Assembly: GCA_013265495.1 (NCBI GenBank)
Contig: MU060767.1
Location: 13,395,958-13,459,957 of the forward strand
DNA length: 64,000 bases
DNA from: Vicugna vicugna
Lineage: Eukaryota
Reading direction: 5' to 3'
Part shown: positions 11,812 through 21,920 of the stretch, piece after piece
How positions within the stretch are numbered: the first letter of the stretch is position 1
How the letters are laid out: the number at the start of each line of letters is the position of its first letter
The notes under the pieces: generated by a model
The model's database searches: none
Seen by the model: the letters and a program-made list of their open reading frames with translations, nothing else
Told to the model about the DNA's origin: nothing
Program-made: the position numbers and the translations under genes

Positions 11812-14445
11812 GTAAGGCCTGTACCCCAGAGAGAGAGCGTGTGGGACTGGGGCAGAGTTGGGGGCCTGGCGACGGCCTTCAGTCCTGTCTCGAACGTCTG
11901 CGCGGCTGAGGGCGAGAGTGGAAAGGAGGCCTGGTGCCGCACCTGTCTCAGTGTTTACAAGCCAGCTGTGCCCAGGGCGTGGCCTGCACTTCCACTGGGG
12001 CCTGCAGTCCACTCCCTGGGGGCTGTCCTCAGGACCTAGAGGCGAAAGGAGTCGTGCTCTCCTGGCTGGCCCTGCTGCTGTGAACTTGAGTAGTAGCACC
12101 AGGAAGGGCAGAGTGAGGCTGGGCCTAGGACTCAGGGTGACTGGACTCATCCAAACCCAGTGGGCACTGCACATGGCTCCCCTCCCCAGAGCCGACGCCA
12201 TCAAGCTCTTCTCCCTTGGACCTCACTTGGCCAACTCAGCATTTCTAGGTACTTTCATGAATTTCACAAAAAAGAGACCCCCAGGGATAGGGGAAAGTGA
12301 GGTTATCTTGGGAACTAGATCTGCCTAGATACCCGCTTTGGGGGACCTGAGATGGCTGTTCGCAACCAAAGCTGCTCCTCTGTCTGGTTTCTAGGGCAGA
12401 GGTACCCATTTCCCCCATGCTTTTAGCCCCACACCCTAGGGGTTCCGGTTCACGTCCCTTTTCTGTATTTCCCATTTACTTAATCACCATACTTCCCAAA
12501 ACTTTCCTAAGAGACTAGGAAGAAAACCCCAAACAACTCTGTCTTTGTGTTTGCTTGTTTGTGGGACATGTGGGGTTTCCCACACACGGGGCTGGGGTCT
12601 GAGGCTGGCGCCGCCTTCTCGGCCAGTGTCGGTCAGGGCTTTCTTTGAAGCAGCTGCTTTCTTTGATAAATGACATGGAGGCTGCTTTCACCTTGTGTAT
12701 CTTTCTCTGTGAATAGGAAACAGTAAAAACTCCAAAGACTTTTTCAAATCTGTTGCTGAGTTAAAATATTCATACCCAAATCCATAATCGGATTGCACAG
12801 CATTTCTGAAGAAGGGGCTCATGTTTGCACTTCTTGGCTTAGCTCAGATTTGGGTGCTGGACTGCCTTGGGGGCATTGTGGGTACAGCATGTTCGATCTG
12901 TCTTGATTCCCCAACTCTATTTTTAGAGTCAGCATGAAGGTTTCTGAATTTTTTAACATAGTGGAAGGAAAGTACTTGTTTCACAAGGAAGCTTGCTATA
13001 TAACATTTTCGGTCATTCTCAGGAAATAAAAAGTTCTTGGATATCAATCTGCTAATAAACACCTCAGTTTAGTCCAATCATCAGATCAGTTCTGTTTGTC
13101 ACTTAAGTCAGGGTTCCCCCGCCCCTGCCCGAGCTCAGGCCTGCATCGATCAGGCTTGGAGACTGGCAGGGGCCCCAGGGTGGGCTTCCATTCCCTTCCT
13201 CTGTCTCCTCCTTCACTCACTAGCTCTTCTTTCTAACCTTCTCTAGGGTCTGGCTAAGGAGAGAGGGTTAGGATGGACCATGTGACCCCAGCGTGTGTGT
13301 GTGTACATGTGTGTGCCCATCTGTGTATTACAATTGTTACCATAGAGATCTGCCTGCCCTGTCTAGTGCCAGAAACCTTGACCTATACTTCCTCTGAACT
13401 TGGACTGGCTGTTTATGACCACCCCTACCTTCCTGGGGGTCCCATCACCCACCAAGTGATCTTCTTGGGCAATGTCTGTTTCAACAACCTCAGGCTGGTC
13501 CCTCCTGCAGGACCCACATCTCCTTCCCAGCACACATGCAGCAGCGCCCTATAGACAGTGGAAGTTGAACTTGCTCCCCACCAAAGTCTTTTTTCAATCT
13601 GTTACAAGCCAGTGTCTCTTAGATTTCTCAAGTGTGTATTAGTCCTCATGTCCCCCAAACTCTAGGTAATATGATTCAGGCCACATGGTTCTCTTGAGGT
13701 CTTATCACTCGCTTGGCTGAGAGCAAGGAGATGTAGTGAGGGTGTGTGAGGGAAAAGCGTGCACTCCAGGAACTCTTAAAGATAGGCCTCTCAGCCTCTT
13801 CCTCCTCAACTCTGCGTCACTTAGAGGTGCGCTGGGCTGACCCCGGCCAGCCTGGGTCTGGGTCTGGTAGCACGAGCAGCACAGACGGCCGGGCACCTGC
13901 CTAAGCCTTGGGGTCCCCGGGTGTTGCCTTGGCCTTCCTGGCTGCAGCCAAAACAGAGAGTCCCGTTACAATACCCTGTTACATGAGGAGCCACGTGATC
14001 TTTTATCGGTCTTAAAAAAAATAATTAGAATTTACCCTTTGTGTCTGGTTGACTGTTTTCAGAGTCAAGTGAAGGTATAAAATTTGTACCATAAATGCGT
14101 TGACTTGTTTGAATTTTAAAGCAATTAGAATTGAACAGACAATTCCCAGAATGCAAATTAGCAGTTAACTTTATTATTTTCCGAGAGTACAGTTTTAAGG
14201 TGCTGATGTTTTTCATTAACGTTGACCATGCAGTGTTGTCAGGTCCTGTCCTTAGTGGTACACATGCAGCAGCCTGCCCTCCAGGAGCCCACATCGCCCC
14301 TGCACATGTGCTCGCGGTTCCCTGCCTGCAGTCTGCCTCCGTTTGGGTGCAGAAGAGCGTTATTTGGGGCGCTCTGGTCAGGTGGGGACTCTGCTTGGGA
14401 GGGCAGCCTGTACTCACGGCGGCCCCTTGCTTTCTCCATGTCCAG

Positions 14446-14630
14446 ACTGAGCGTGTTCCGCTGGACCTCAGTCCTCGGCTGGAGGAGGCGTTGGACTTCA
14501 GCGAGCTGGAAGCTGAGCCCAGTGAAGGGGAGGACTTTGAGGCCCGGGGGAGCCGCTTCTCCAAGTCTGCTGACGAGAGACAGCGCATGCTAGTGCAGCG
14601 GAAGGACGACCTCCTGCAGCAAGCCCGGAG
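14446..14630 (+). CDS. AMFR: AMFR exon (probably 13; 185 nt): TERVPLDLSPRLEEALDFSELEAEPSEGEDFEARGSRFSKSADERQRMLVQRKDDLLQQAR, including most of the G2BR (Ube2g2-binding) helix
   Basis: TCCAG|ACT acceptor and AG|GTGAGC donor; contains the G2BR motif SADERQRMLVQRK. Confidence 0.97.
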
Positions 14631-15398
14631 GTGAGCTGATTCTCCAGCCCTCACTGGTGTGAATCTCGGGTCAGATTCCAGGCGCCTGGAGGCCTTTGTC
14701 ATAGACGCCAGCATTGGAAAACCTATCACGTCACCTAAAAATTCACATTTTAAACCTCTGTTGAAAACCCAGAGGGTCTGGTAACATTGGGCCCAACTGG
14801 TAACCTCCTCGGCCATGCTTACGTGGACAGCACTTAACGTGCCGGCGTCTTCTAGGCCCATTATATTAGTTACTCTCATTCTCTTGACAGCTCTGGGACA
14901 GACTTGAAGCTGAAGAAACTGAGGCCTAGAGAGGTTAACTCTGGCCCAGTGTCCAGCTCCCAAGTCCTCCGTCTTGGCACGTCTGTGCGCAGCCGGCCCG
15001 GAGCGCAGACCGTCTGTGCGCACCCCCAAGCCCGGGCGGTGCAGCCGGGGCGGGGAGCGCTCTGTGGCTACACAGGAAGGGGCTTGTTAAACTCTTGGGG
15101 ACAGGGCTAGTGTTCTGTTCCTGTGGGTGGGTTTGGTGCCCAGCGCAGACCTTGTGAGTGTGGGGAGGGGGCGGCCGGAGGACAGGGTGGAGCTGAGCAG
15201 CTGCCCCCCAGGCCCTCCCTGGTGCAGGGAACTTGTGCTCCTTTCTTCAGAGAGAGGTGTCTTGTTCTCCGGGTGGTGCAGAGTGACAGCTTCCTGACAG
15301 TCAGGGAAATGGGAAAATTACAGAAACATATTGAATGTTTCTGAATGTACGTGTTCCAGAGCTTCCCTCATCCCTCACGCAAATCCTGTTTTTTGTAG

Positions 15399-15546
15399 GC
15401 GTTTCTTGAACAGAAGTTCTGAAGATGACTCAGCCTCAGAGAGCGGTCTCCCCTCTGAAGGCACGACCTCTGACCCCGTGACCCTGCGTCGAAGGATGCT
15501 GGCTGCTGCCGCGGAAAGGAGACTTCAGAAGCAGCAGACCTCTTAG
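15399..15546 (+). CDS. AMFR: AMFR last coding exon (probably 14): RRFLNRSSEDDSASESGLPSEGTTSDPVTLRRRMLAAAAERRLQKQQTS*, with the p97/VCP-interacting motif (VIM)
   Basis: TTGTAG|GC acceptor; AG|G completes Arg; TAG stop at 15544-15546. RRRMLAAAAERR fits the VIM pattern. Confidence 0.97.
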
Positions 15547-17045
15547 CGCTTCCTCGCCTCCCCGCTGCCTCGTCTGGAGCCACGCTCCCACCGGGAGGCT
15601 TGTCCTCAGTTTGCCTGCTGTTTGAAGAAGTGGGCTTGACTGCATTGCCGCTGTATAAAGCATGTGGTCTTAATAGTGTTTGGACAGCTGACAAATTTAA
15701 TCCTTTTTTGTAATACTTTCTATGTGACATTTCTCTTCCCTTTAGAAACCTTGCACTTGTTAACTCTAGGCATGATCTCTTCTGCATTGACCGGACTTTG
15801 AGGGGGCGGGGGAAGATCAAGAGGAAGTGGAGACCCTGAAGCAGGCAGCTTCAGTGACTGCCTTATGCAGAAGTCACAGCAAACGCTGGTGTCTTTAGCT
15901 CCAGATTTGGCAAGAAGTGTGTGTGTGATGGAGGGTGGGAGTGGGGGTGGCAGGAGGAGCAGGGGGCAGGATCCGTAAAGAGCAGTGTGAGCCTGACTCC
16001 ACTCCGCTGGATGATCTTGCTGTCTGACTACTGTTCTTAGTGAGGAGGCATTCAAAGTGTCACAGAGGCCAAACCTATGGGCCCCTGGGCCCCTGGGTCA
16101 GCAGGACATCTTGGAAAAACAATGCTTGGTTTGATACATGGAGCAGAGGAGGGGAAAGCCCAGGGACGTAGTGGGAGGGGGTCACCTGTCATGTCTCAGT
16201 ACATTCGGGACTGACTTTCTGAGCCCCCGATCCAAAGCTGGCTTTATTTCCGTTAACGCTGGTGCTCCCGCATCTCACGAGTACACCCTGTGTGTCTGTC
16301 CTCTCCTTGCACCCCCCACTCCCAACCCCCAACGTGGGGAAGGTCAGTACTGAAAGGGTTAAGCAGCAAGCTTTGATTCATGGTTTTAATTCCTTGGTCA
16401 AGTAAATTAGGCAATGCCAAAGGCTGTGGGTTTGGTCCTTGGAGAAAATGCGAGCCTTACAAGATAGGAGAGTAAATTTTGGGGGGCTTTACTGAAGAAA
16501 TAAAAGATATCTTTTGTATCTTTCTTCCCCGGAGCCCTTCATTTTCATGACTTTGTTCCTGTTGGTTTAATTAAACATAGAAAGGTAAGATGTTGAGTCC
16601 GCCTGCTTTGGAGCAGACCCAGGTCTGAACTTTTTCAAATCCTCAACACATTTAACTTGAAGGATTTGAAACATGCAATCATAATAGGTTACACAGTTCA
16701 GTTTTATGTCCTTTCGGATTAAATTTTTTTTAATGTTTGAAGCATAGTTTTATGGTAGACCTTTTGGGAAGAATCCAGTGTTATCTAAAATTATTGTCAA
16801 AGTTAAATGTATTTTACATAACTGAAAGTTTTTAGAATGTTGAGAAGTAATTGCAAATAGAGTGATGAGTAAATGTTTAGGCTGAGATAATTTATTTCAA
16901 ATAAATGTTTCAAAAGCCTTATCTTGAAATGCTGTTAGTAAATTTCTGTGATTTTTTTTCCTTTTAAAATTTGTTTTGTTTTGCTGAAAGCGTAGCTATT
17001 TGTTTTTATTGTAAAACAACAATAATAAAAGGCAAACTAGCCTAG
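15547..17045 (+). other. AMFR: AMFR 3'UTR (~1.5 kb; end approximate)
   Basis: Follows the stop, becomes AU-rich, and ends at an AATAAA followed by a GU-rich element. Confidence 0.8.
17024..17029 (+). terminator. AMFR: AMFR polyadenylation signal
   Basis: AATAAA with an upstream U-rich stretch and UGUA (17010-17013), and a downstream GU-rich tract (GTGTGTTGTGTGTGG, from ~17045). Confidence 0.85.
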
Positions 17046-19617
17046 TGTGTTGTGTGTGGCTGTGAGCAAAGGCAGTTTCTTTCAGAGGTGTGGAAGTTAG
17101 ATACTGTTTTAACTCTGTGTGTCCTATTTTGGTTGGAGGGTTTTTTCTATCCTCATACTTTGCATGTTGTACACATTTAAAGATGATGCCAATACCATGT
17201 GCTCTTATGTTTCAGATGTGTGAAAAGAGAATATGTTTTGGAGTCAATTTTAGAGGGTCCTGAGACATTGGAATATAGCAATATGACAGTGATCAAAGTG
17301 GATGCCTTTAAATGACCCAAGAAGAGAAGTCCTAAATTCACCCTTAGATTTTACACTTAGATAGTAAAGGATTCTGTCACTAACTATACTGTCTCTTGGC
17401 TTTTGTCACTTCGTGGGGGCCAGTCTAGACCAGTGTCCCGTTGTACTGGGTGGTCCCTATCCCGTGGTCTCTCAGCACAGCCAGCCACTGTGTTGGCTGT
17501 CTCTAGGAGGGGAGCCCAGAGTGGAGGCCAGGCTGCTGGTTCGGGTCTGTAAACTGAGGAGGCATGTTTGGGTGCTCTGTGAACAGTGATGGAGGCGCCC
17601 TTGCCCTCTCCAAGCTCCTTTGGAAGTAGTCTCTGTTACTCCCTCCATTTTCTTTTGGCTCTGTTGACATCTTGGGTTCTCAGTTTGGTTTTTTACACCC
17701 TAATTTTGAGGCTCTTACATACCATAGAGATTGATGGTCCTTGCAGATACTTCACTTGTGTTGATAAAAATTCTGGGTGCCCTGGTGGCCACTTGGGTCT
17801 GGCTTCCCACTTGAGCTGTGTAGACAGTGTGCTCCTTTATCTTTAGCCAACAGGCATGCCCTCTCTGGGCGTAACTTTCCCCACCACGGGGGAGAAGGCT
17901 GGGAGCTCAGCTGGAGCAGGGGCTGCACGTGAGAGGAACCATGGCCCCGCCACCCGGCTTGTCGAGAAAACCTGTGCCTGCCAGCCGGCCCTCAAGGCCC
18001 TCCGTCACCCGGAAGCCTCCATCTCTCACCTCATCGCCCTGCTCTTGTTAGAGGTGGTTCTGAACCTGACTACACATTCGAGTCACTTGCGGAGCCTCGT
18101 GATGCATACACAGGCTCTGCGCTGACGCGTCTTGTTCTATTGAATTGGTCTTTCCCTGCATCCTTTCCCAACAAAATGCTTCCTGATTCCACTTTAAGGA
18201 AGATAAGGCAGAGAAACTTCTGTTGTTTTTATCTACAAAATTCATGTGGAAGCTGGGACAGGGCCCTGTGATAAAATGGCTTATTTTTAGAGTAAGGTAA
18301 GCCACATGTAGAAGTCCTGGCATCAGCCTTTGGCTTGCGTTCCCCCAGACCAGTGTTATGAAGTCAAGTTGTGGCCAGGAGTGCAGCCTGCACATCAGCA
18401 GATATGGTTGTGAGCCTCCCTCTGCAGGTAAGTTGGGGTGAGGGGAGCTGGTGGGAAAAGTACTGGGAGAGGGGTGGGCCAGGTTGGCTAACCAGGAGGA
18501 GGTCCAAGGGGTGCCCGGATCCGCTCTGACAGGAGGGAACTAGCCTCTTGTTATTTCATGGTTTCTGCAGCAGCATCAACTCATATCTTCCACCCTCGCT
18601 AGATTCAAAAGTCCACTGAATTGCCAAGGAGAGGCCTTTGTGGCTGCCGATGTGTGGGGAGGAGTCCAAGAAACTGCCCTCAGCGAGCCCCTCCCATCTC
18701 CTAGGTGGCATGATGTAGCACTTAACTGCTTGGCTAATGAGAGATCCATGGGCATGATGCAAGGATTTTGGTGAGCTGTGTTCCCTCTAAGTCCCAGTCT
18801 CAACTGATTTGCAATTTACAGCAAAAATCTGGCAACCCAGTGGAGCGATAGTGAGACCCACTGCCTGAATTGAGAACTGACTCCATATGCCAGGCTGTGC
18901 TGATCTCAGTTGCTCCGTGTATATCTGGCCTGCAGGGGACTTCCTGGCCTCCAGGTGCAACGGGGGAGGCTTTTACAGATGTACCAAGTGAGCGCACGTG
19001 ACCCCCTTGGGTGCAGAGGGCCAGGGCAATTTGGCCTCATTCTTGGGAACCTCCCATTCTTCTGAGGTGGAGCAGATTTGGGATCACCTACTCTCCCCGT
19101 ATTTCCCCCCTTTCCAATCCTCAGTTCCACCCTACACTCAAAAACAAACCAAACCAGCTGAGAGCGGGAGATGCCGAGCTGGGGAGAGGAGGGGATTTGC
19201 AGGCAGGAATGGCCTGTACCCCTCCCGCCCTGCTCGCAGGTGGCTGCGCTCAGCAGGTTCCCCTTGATGGCAGCACTGAGGGGGGCCGTGGGGAAGGCCG
19301 GGGGAGGGGGTTCCTTGTCTGGCACCTGCAGCCCTACCCACCAGCTTCCCAGTGTCTGCAGCCCAGTCAAATCCCTCCTTCCCTTTCCTGTCACAGTGAA
19401 GCCCGAGGGTGAGACTCAGGAATACAGACAAACATTCTCTTTNNNNNNNNNNNNNNNNNNNNNNNNNNNNNNNNNNNNNNNNNNNNNNNNNNNNNNNNNN
19501 NNNNNNNNNNNNNNNNNNNNNNNNNNNNNNNNNNNNNNNNNNNNNNNNNNNNNNNNNNNNNNNNNNNNNNNNNNNNNNNNNNNNNNNNNNNNNNNNNNNN
19601 NNNNNNNNNNNNNNNNN

Positions 19618-20492
19618 GTGTTTTGTCTTTTTGCCTCTTTATCTGAAATGGCTGTGACTGGTCTTCTTCAGCAAATAAGTCTTAAAAGTGAAACCGTGAA
19701 GAGGTTTGGGGTTCGGATACTAGTCAAAGTAGAAATGACATTGGACTGATCATGATAACTGTGGCTTTCATGTAAACACTACATTCCATCTTTTAAAATT
19801 TTTTTTGTGTTTTTTTCCATCTTGTGGTATTTAAATTTTTTTGTTTGTTTGTTTTTATCTGCAGCACAAACATCCCCACATGAGAAAGAGAGAACACAGG
19901 TCACTGAAACAAAGGAAAAGGCGAGGGGCGCGCACACAAAGGGAGCATCCTTCTGAGAGACAGAGAAGCGGAAATGGCAGCGGGGAAAACCACAACCCGG
20001 GTCCCAAAGACTATGAAAGCTGGTCCGGTATGTAATACATAGTGCTTATCAGGACTGAAATGATAACAAAAACTAAAACCACTAAAAAAAAAAGTGATAA
20101 AGGGAGTTGAGGGAAAGGAGTTGAGGGAAAATTGTTTTCTAGAGGGCTCTGTTTATACATATGTTCCGTATTCTTTTGGGGCAGCTACTGGCCAGTGAGA
20201 GCTGTGCTTTTTCTATACAAACCTGGAGTGAACGTGCGGTCGGAGTGGCTCGGGGCTGGGCAGGGGGTGTGATCTGGAAAGTGTGGCCTGAGTGGCCTCC
20301 CGGGAACCAGCGCCCCGGGTGCACAGGCGGCACCTCTGCAGGTGGGATGGGGAGGGCGTGGGTGCAGGTGAGTATGTTTCTTTATTCAAAAAAAAAAAAA
20401 AGAAAGAGATGGATGAGATGGTGTTTTCCTTTTTCCTCTTTTTTTTTTAAGCTACAAAGCACATGAGAATTGATCTTTTTTTCCTTTTGAAT
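19618..20492 (-). other. GNAO1: Visible part of the GNAO1 non-coding last exon (exon 9, Go1 3'UTR); both ends probably lie in or beyond N gaps
   Basis: 3'UTR-like composition downstream of the 3'UTR intron. Minus-strand TCTCATGTGCTTTGTAGCTT resembles the human GNAO1 3'UTR as I recall it. The acceptor is not visible. Confidence 0.55.
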
Positions 20493-21608
20493 NNNNNNNN
20501 NNNNNNNNNNNNNNNNNNNNNNNNNNNNNNNNNNNNNNNNNNNNNNNNNNNNNNNNNNNNNNNNNNNNNNNNNNNNNNNNNNNNNNNNNNNNNNNNNNNN
20601 NNNNNNNNNNNNNNNNNNNNNNNNNNNNNNNNNNNNNNNNNNNNNNNNNNNNNNNNNNNNNNNNNNNNNNNNNNNNNNNNNNNNNNNNNNNNNNNNNNNN
20701 NNNNNNNNNNNTTTTCCTTGATTTAAAAAACCAACCAACCAACCAAAAAACCCTCTAACATGTTTAATAGTGTTGGGGTAGGGCCAGACGGGGCAGCATC
20801 ACAGTGGGGATCAGGAACCCAGGGGAAGCCCAGCCTGGGCCCCCTGGGAGGCCTCAACCCCAGGGACCCTGACCCTGACCCTGACCCGGCCAGGTCTGCA
20901 GCTTGACCCTCCCCTCGGCCACTCCTGCCCCTTCTCCATATTGCTCCCCTTCCGTCTCCTGCCCTCCTGGAGCAGGGCTGGCTTCCACTCTGCAGGTGAC
21001 CTTGAGCCATGCTTTGCACGGCCCCTCCCCTCAGTGGCTTTTAGAAAGCGGACCATGTCTCCCTTTTCTCTGACTCTTGCCTTGTTAAGATGAATAAAGA
21101 AAACTCAGGAGACAGTGGGTTGGTCAGAGCAATGATTCTTCTAGATTCTTGAAATTAACAACCACCACCACCCCAAAGAGAAGTGTCCTTAATTTTTCTG
21201 TTGGGAGTACAGGGCAGGAAGATGTTTGAGGTGTTGGCCATTTTTTAAAGGGTTCTGGAGTTCGCACAAGAGCAGGACAGAACCGAGAGCACACAGCTCA
21301 GTGGGTGGGAGCAGAGGAACCGGCTGGACTAATACCAGGCCTTTCTTTGTCTGCCCTCTGCTCACAGAAACGGGTTTTGGAGAGTAAAATCACATGGCTG
21401 TTCTTAAAAGGATGGACTCCCATATCAGGATGCCCATCACAACGTGTGTGTGTGCGTGCGCGCACACGCGTTCATGTGCTGTCCCAGGAAAACCATGATG
21501 ATCAATGGAATGGTGGTCAGTTCTGTCTGAAGCTCTTTCTAGTACAAACTAAAAAGAAATTTTAATATATATTTGTCTACATATAAGGTTTGTTATGCCT
21601 TTTTAAAG

Positions 21609-21614
21609 TTTATT
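21609..21614 (-). terminator. GNAO1: Candidate intronic poly(A) signal in the 3'UTR intron (short Go1 mRNA)
   Basis: Minus-strand AATAAA ~90 nt past the 21705 donor; ATTAAA at 21561-21566 followed by a U-rich stretch. Confidence 0.5.
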
Positions 21615-21641
21615 GACCAACTTACATTTGTTAGTGGGGTT

Positions 21642-21668
21642 TGTGTGTGTGTGTGTGTGTGTGTGTGT
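21642..21668. repeat. (TG)13 microsatellite; (CA)13 on the GNAO1 transcript
   Basis: Read directly from the sequence. Confidence 0.95.
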
Positions 21669-21704
21669 TTGTGCAAGCTTTTCTGTGAGTGCTGGAATCA
21701 TTAC

Positions 21705-21732
21705 CAAATAGGTTGCTATACAGGACAAGAGG
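21705..21732 (-). other. GNAO1: Non-coding tail of exon 8A (28 nt) ending at the 5' splice site of a 3'UTR intron
   Basis: Minus-strand TTTG|GTAATG donor 28 nt after the stop, matching the human structure as I recall it. Confidence 0.8.
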
Positions 21733-21920
21733 TCAGTACAAGCCGCAGCCCCGGAGGTTGTTGGCAATGATGATGTCAGTGACGGCGTCGAATACCACCT
21801 GGATATTATTCGTGTCTGTGGCACAAGTCATGTGACAATAAATTTCTTTGTTGGGTGAGCGGTTTTTGCTTTCAAATTGTGCTTGGATGTAGGCAGCGGC
21901 ATCTTCATAGGTGTTGGGGC
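21733..21920 (-). CDS. GNAO1: GNAO1 exon 8A coding part (Go1 C-terminus): [62 protein letters not shown]
   Basis: TTGCAG|GC acceptor; 188 nt to TGA; matches the canonical G-alpha-o C-terminus. Confidence 0.97.

Noticed and set aside
14025-15029. 334-aa minus-strand ORF
   Set aside because: It is antisense to AMFR exon 13 and runs through MIR-like intronic sequence. It has no recognisable domain and is the expected shadow of GC-rich coding DNA.
17005-17010. Minus-strand AATAAA opposite the AMFR poly(A) signal (possible bidirectional terminator)
   Set aside because: There is no GU/U-rich downstream element on the minus strand. It is better explained as the U-rich upstream element of the AMFR site.
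20381-20386. Minus-strand AATAAA within GNAO1 exon 9
   Set aside because: The downstream sequence is C-rich with no GU-rich element, so it cannot be supported as a used site without 3'-end data.
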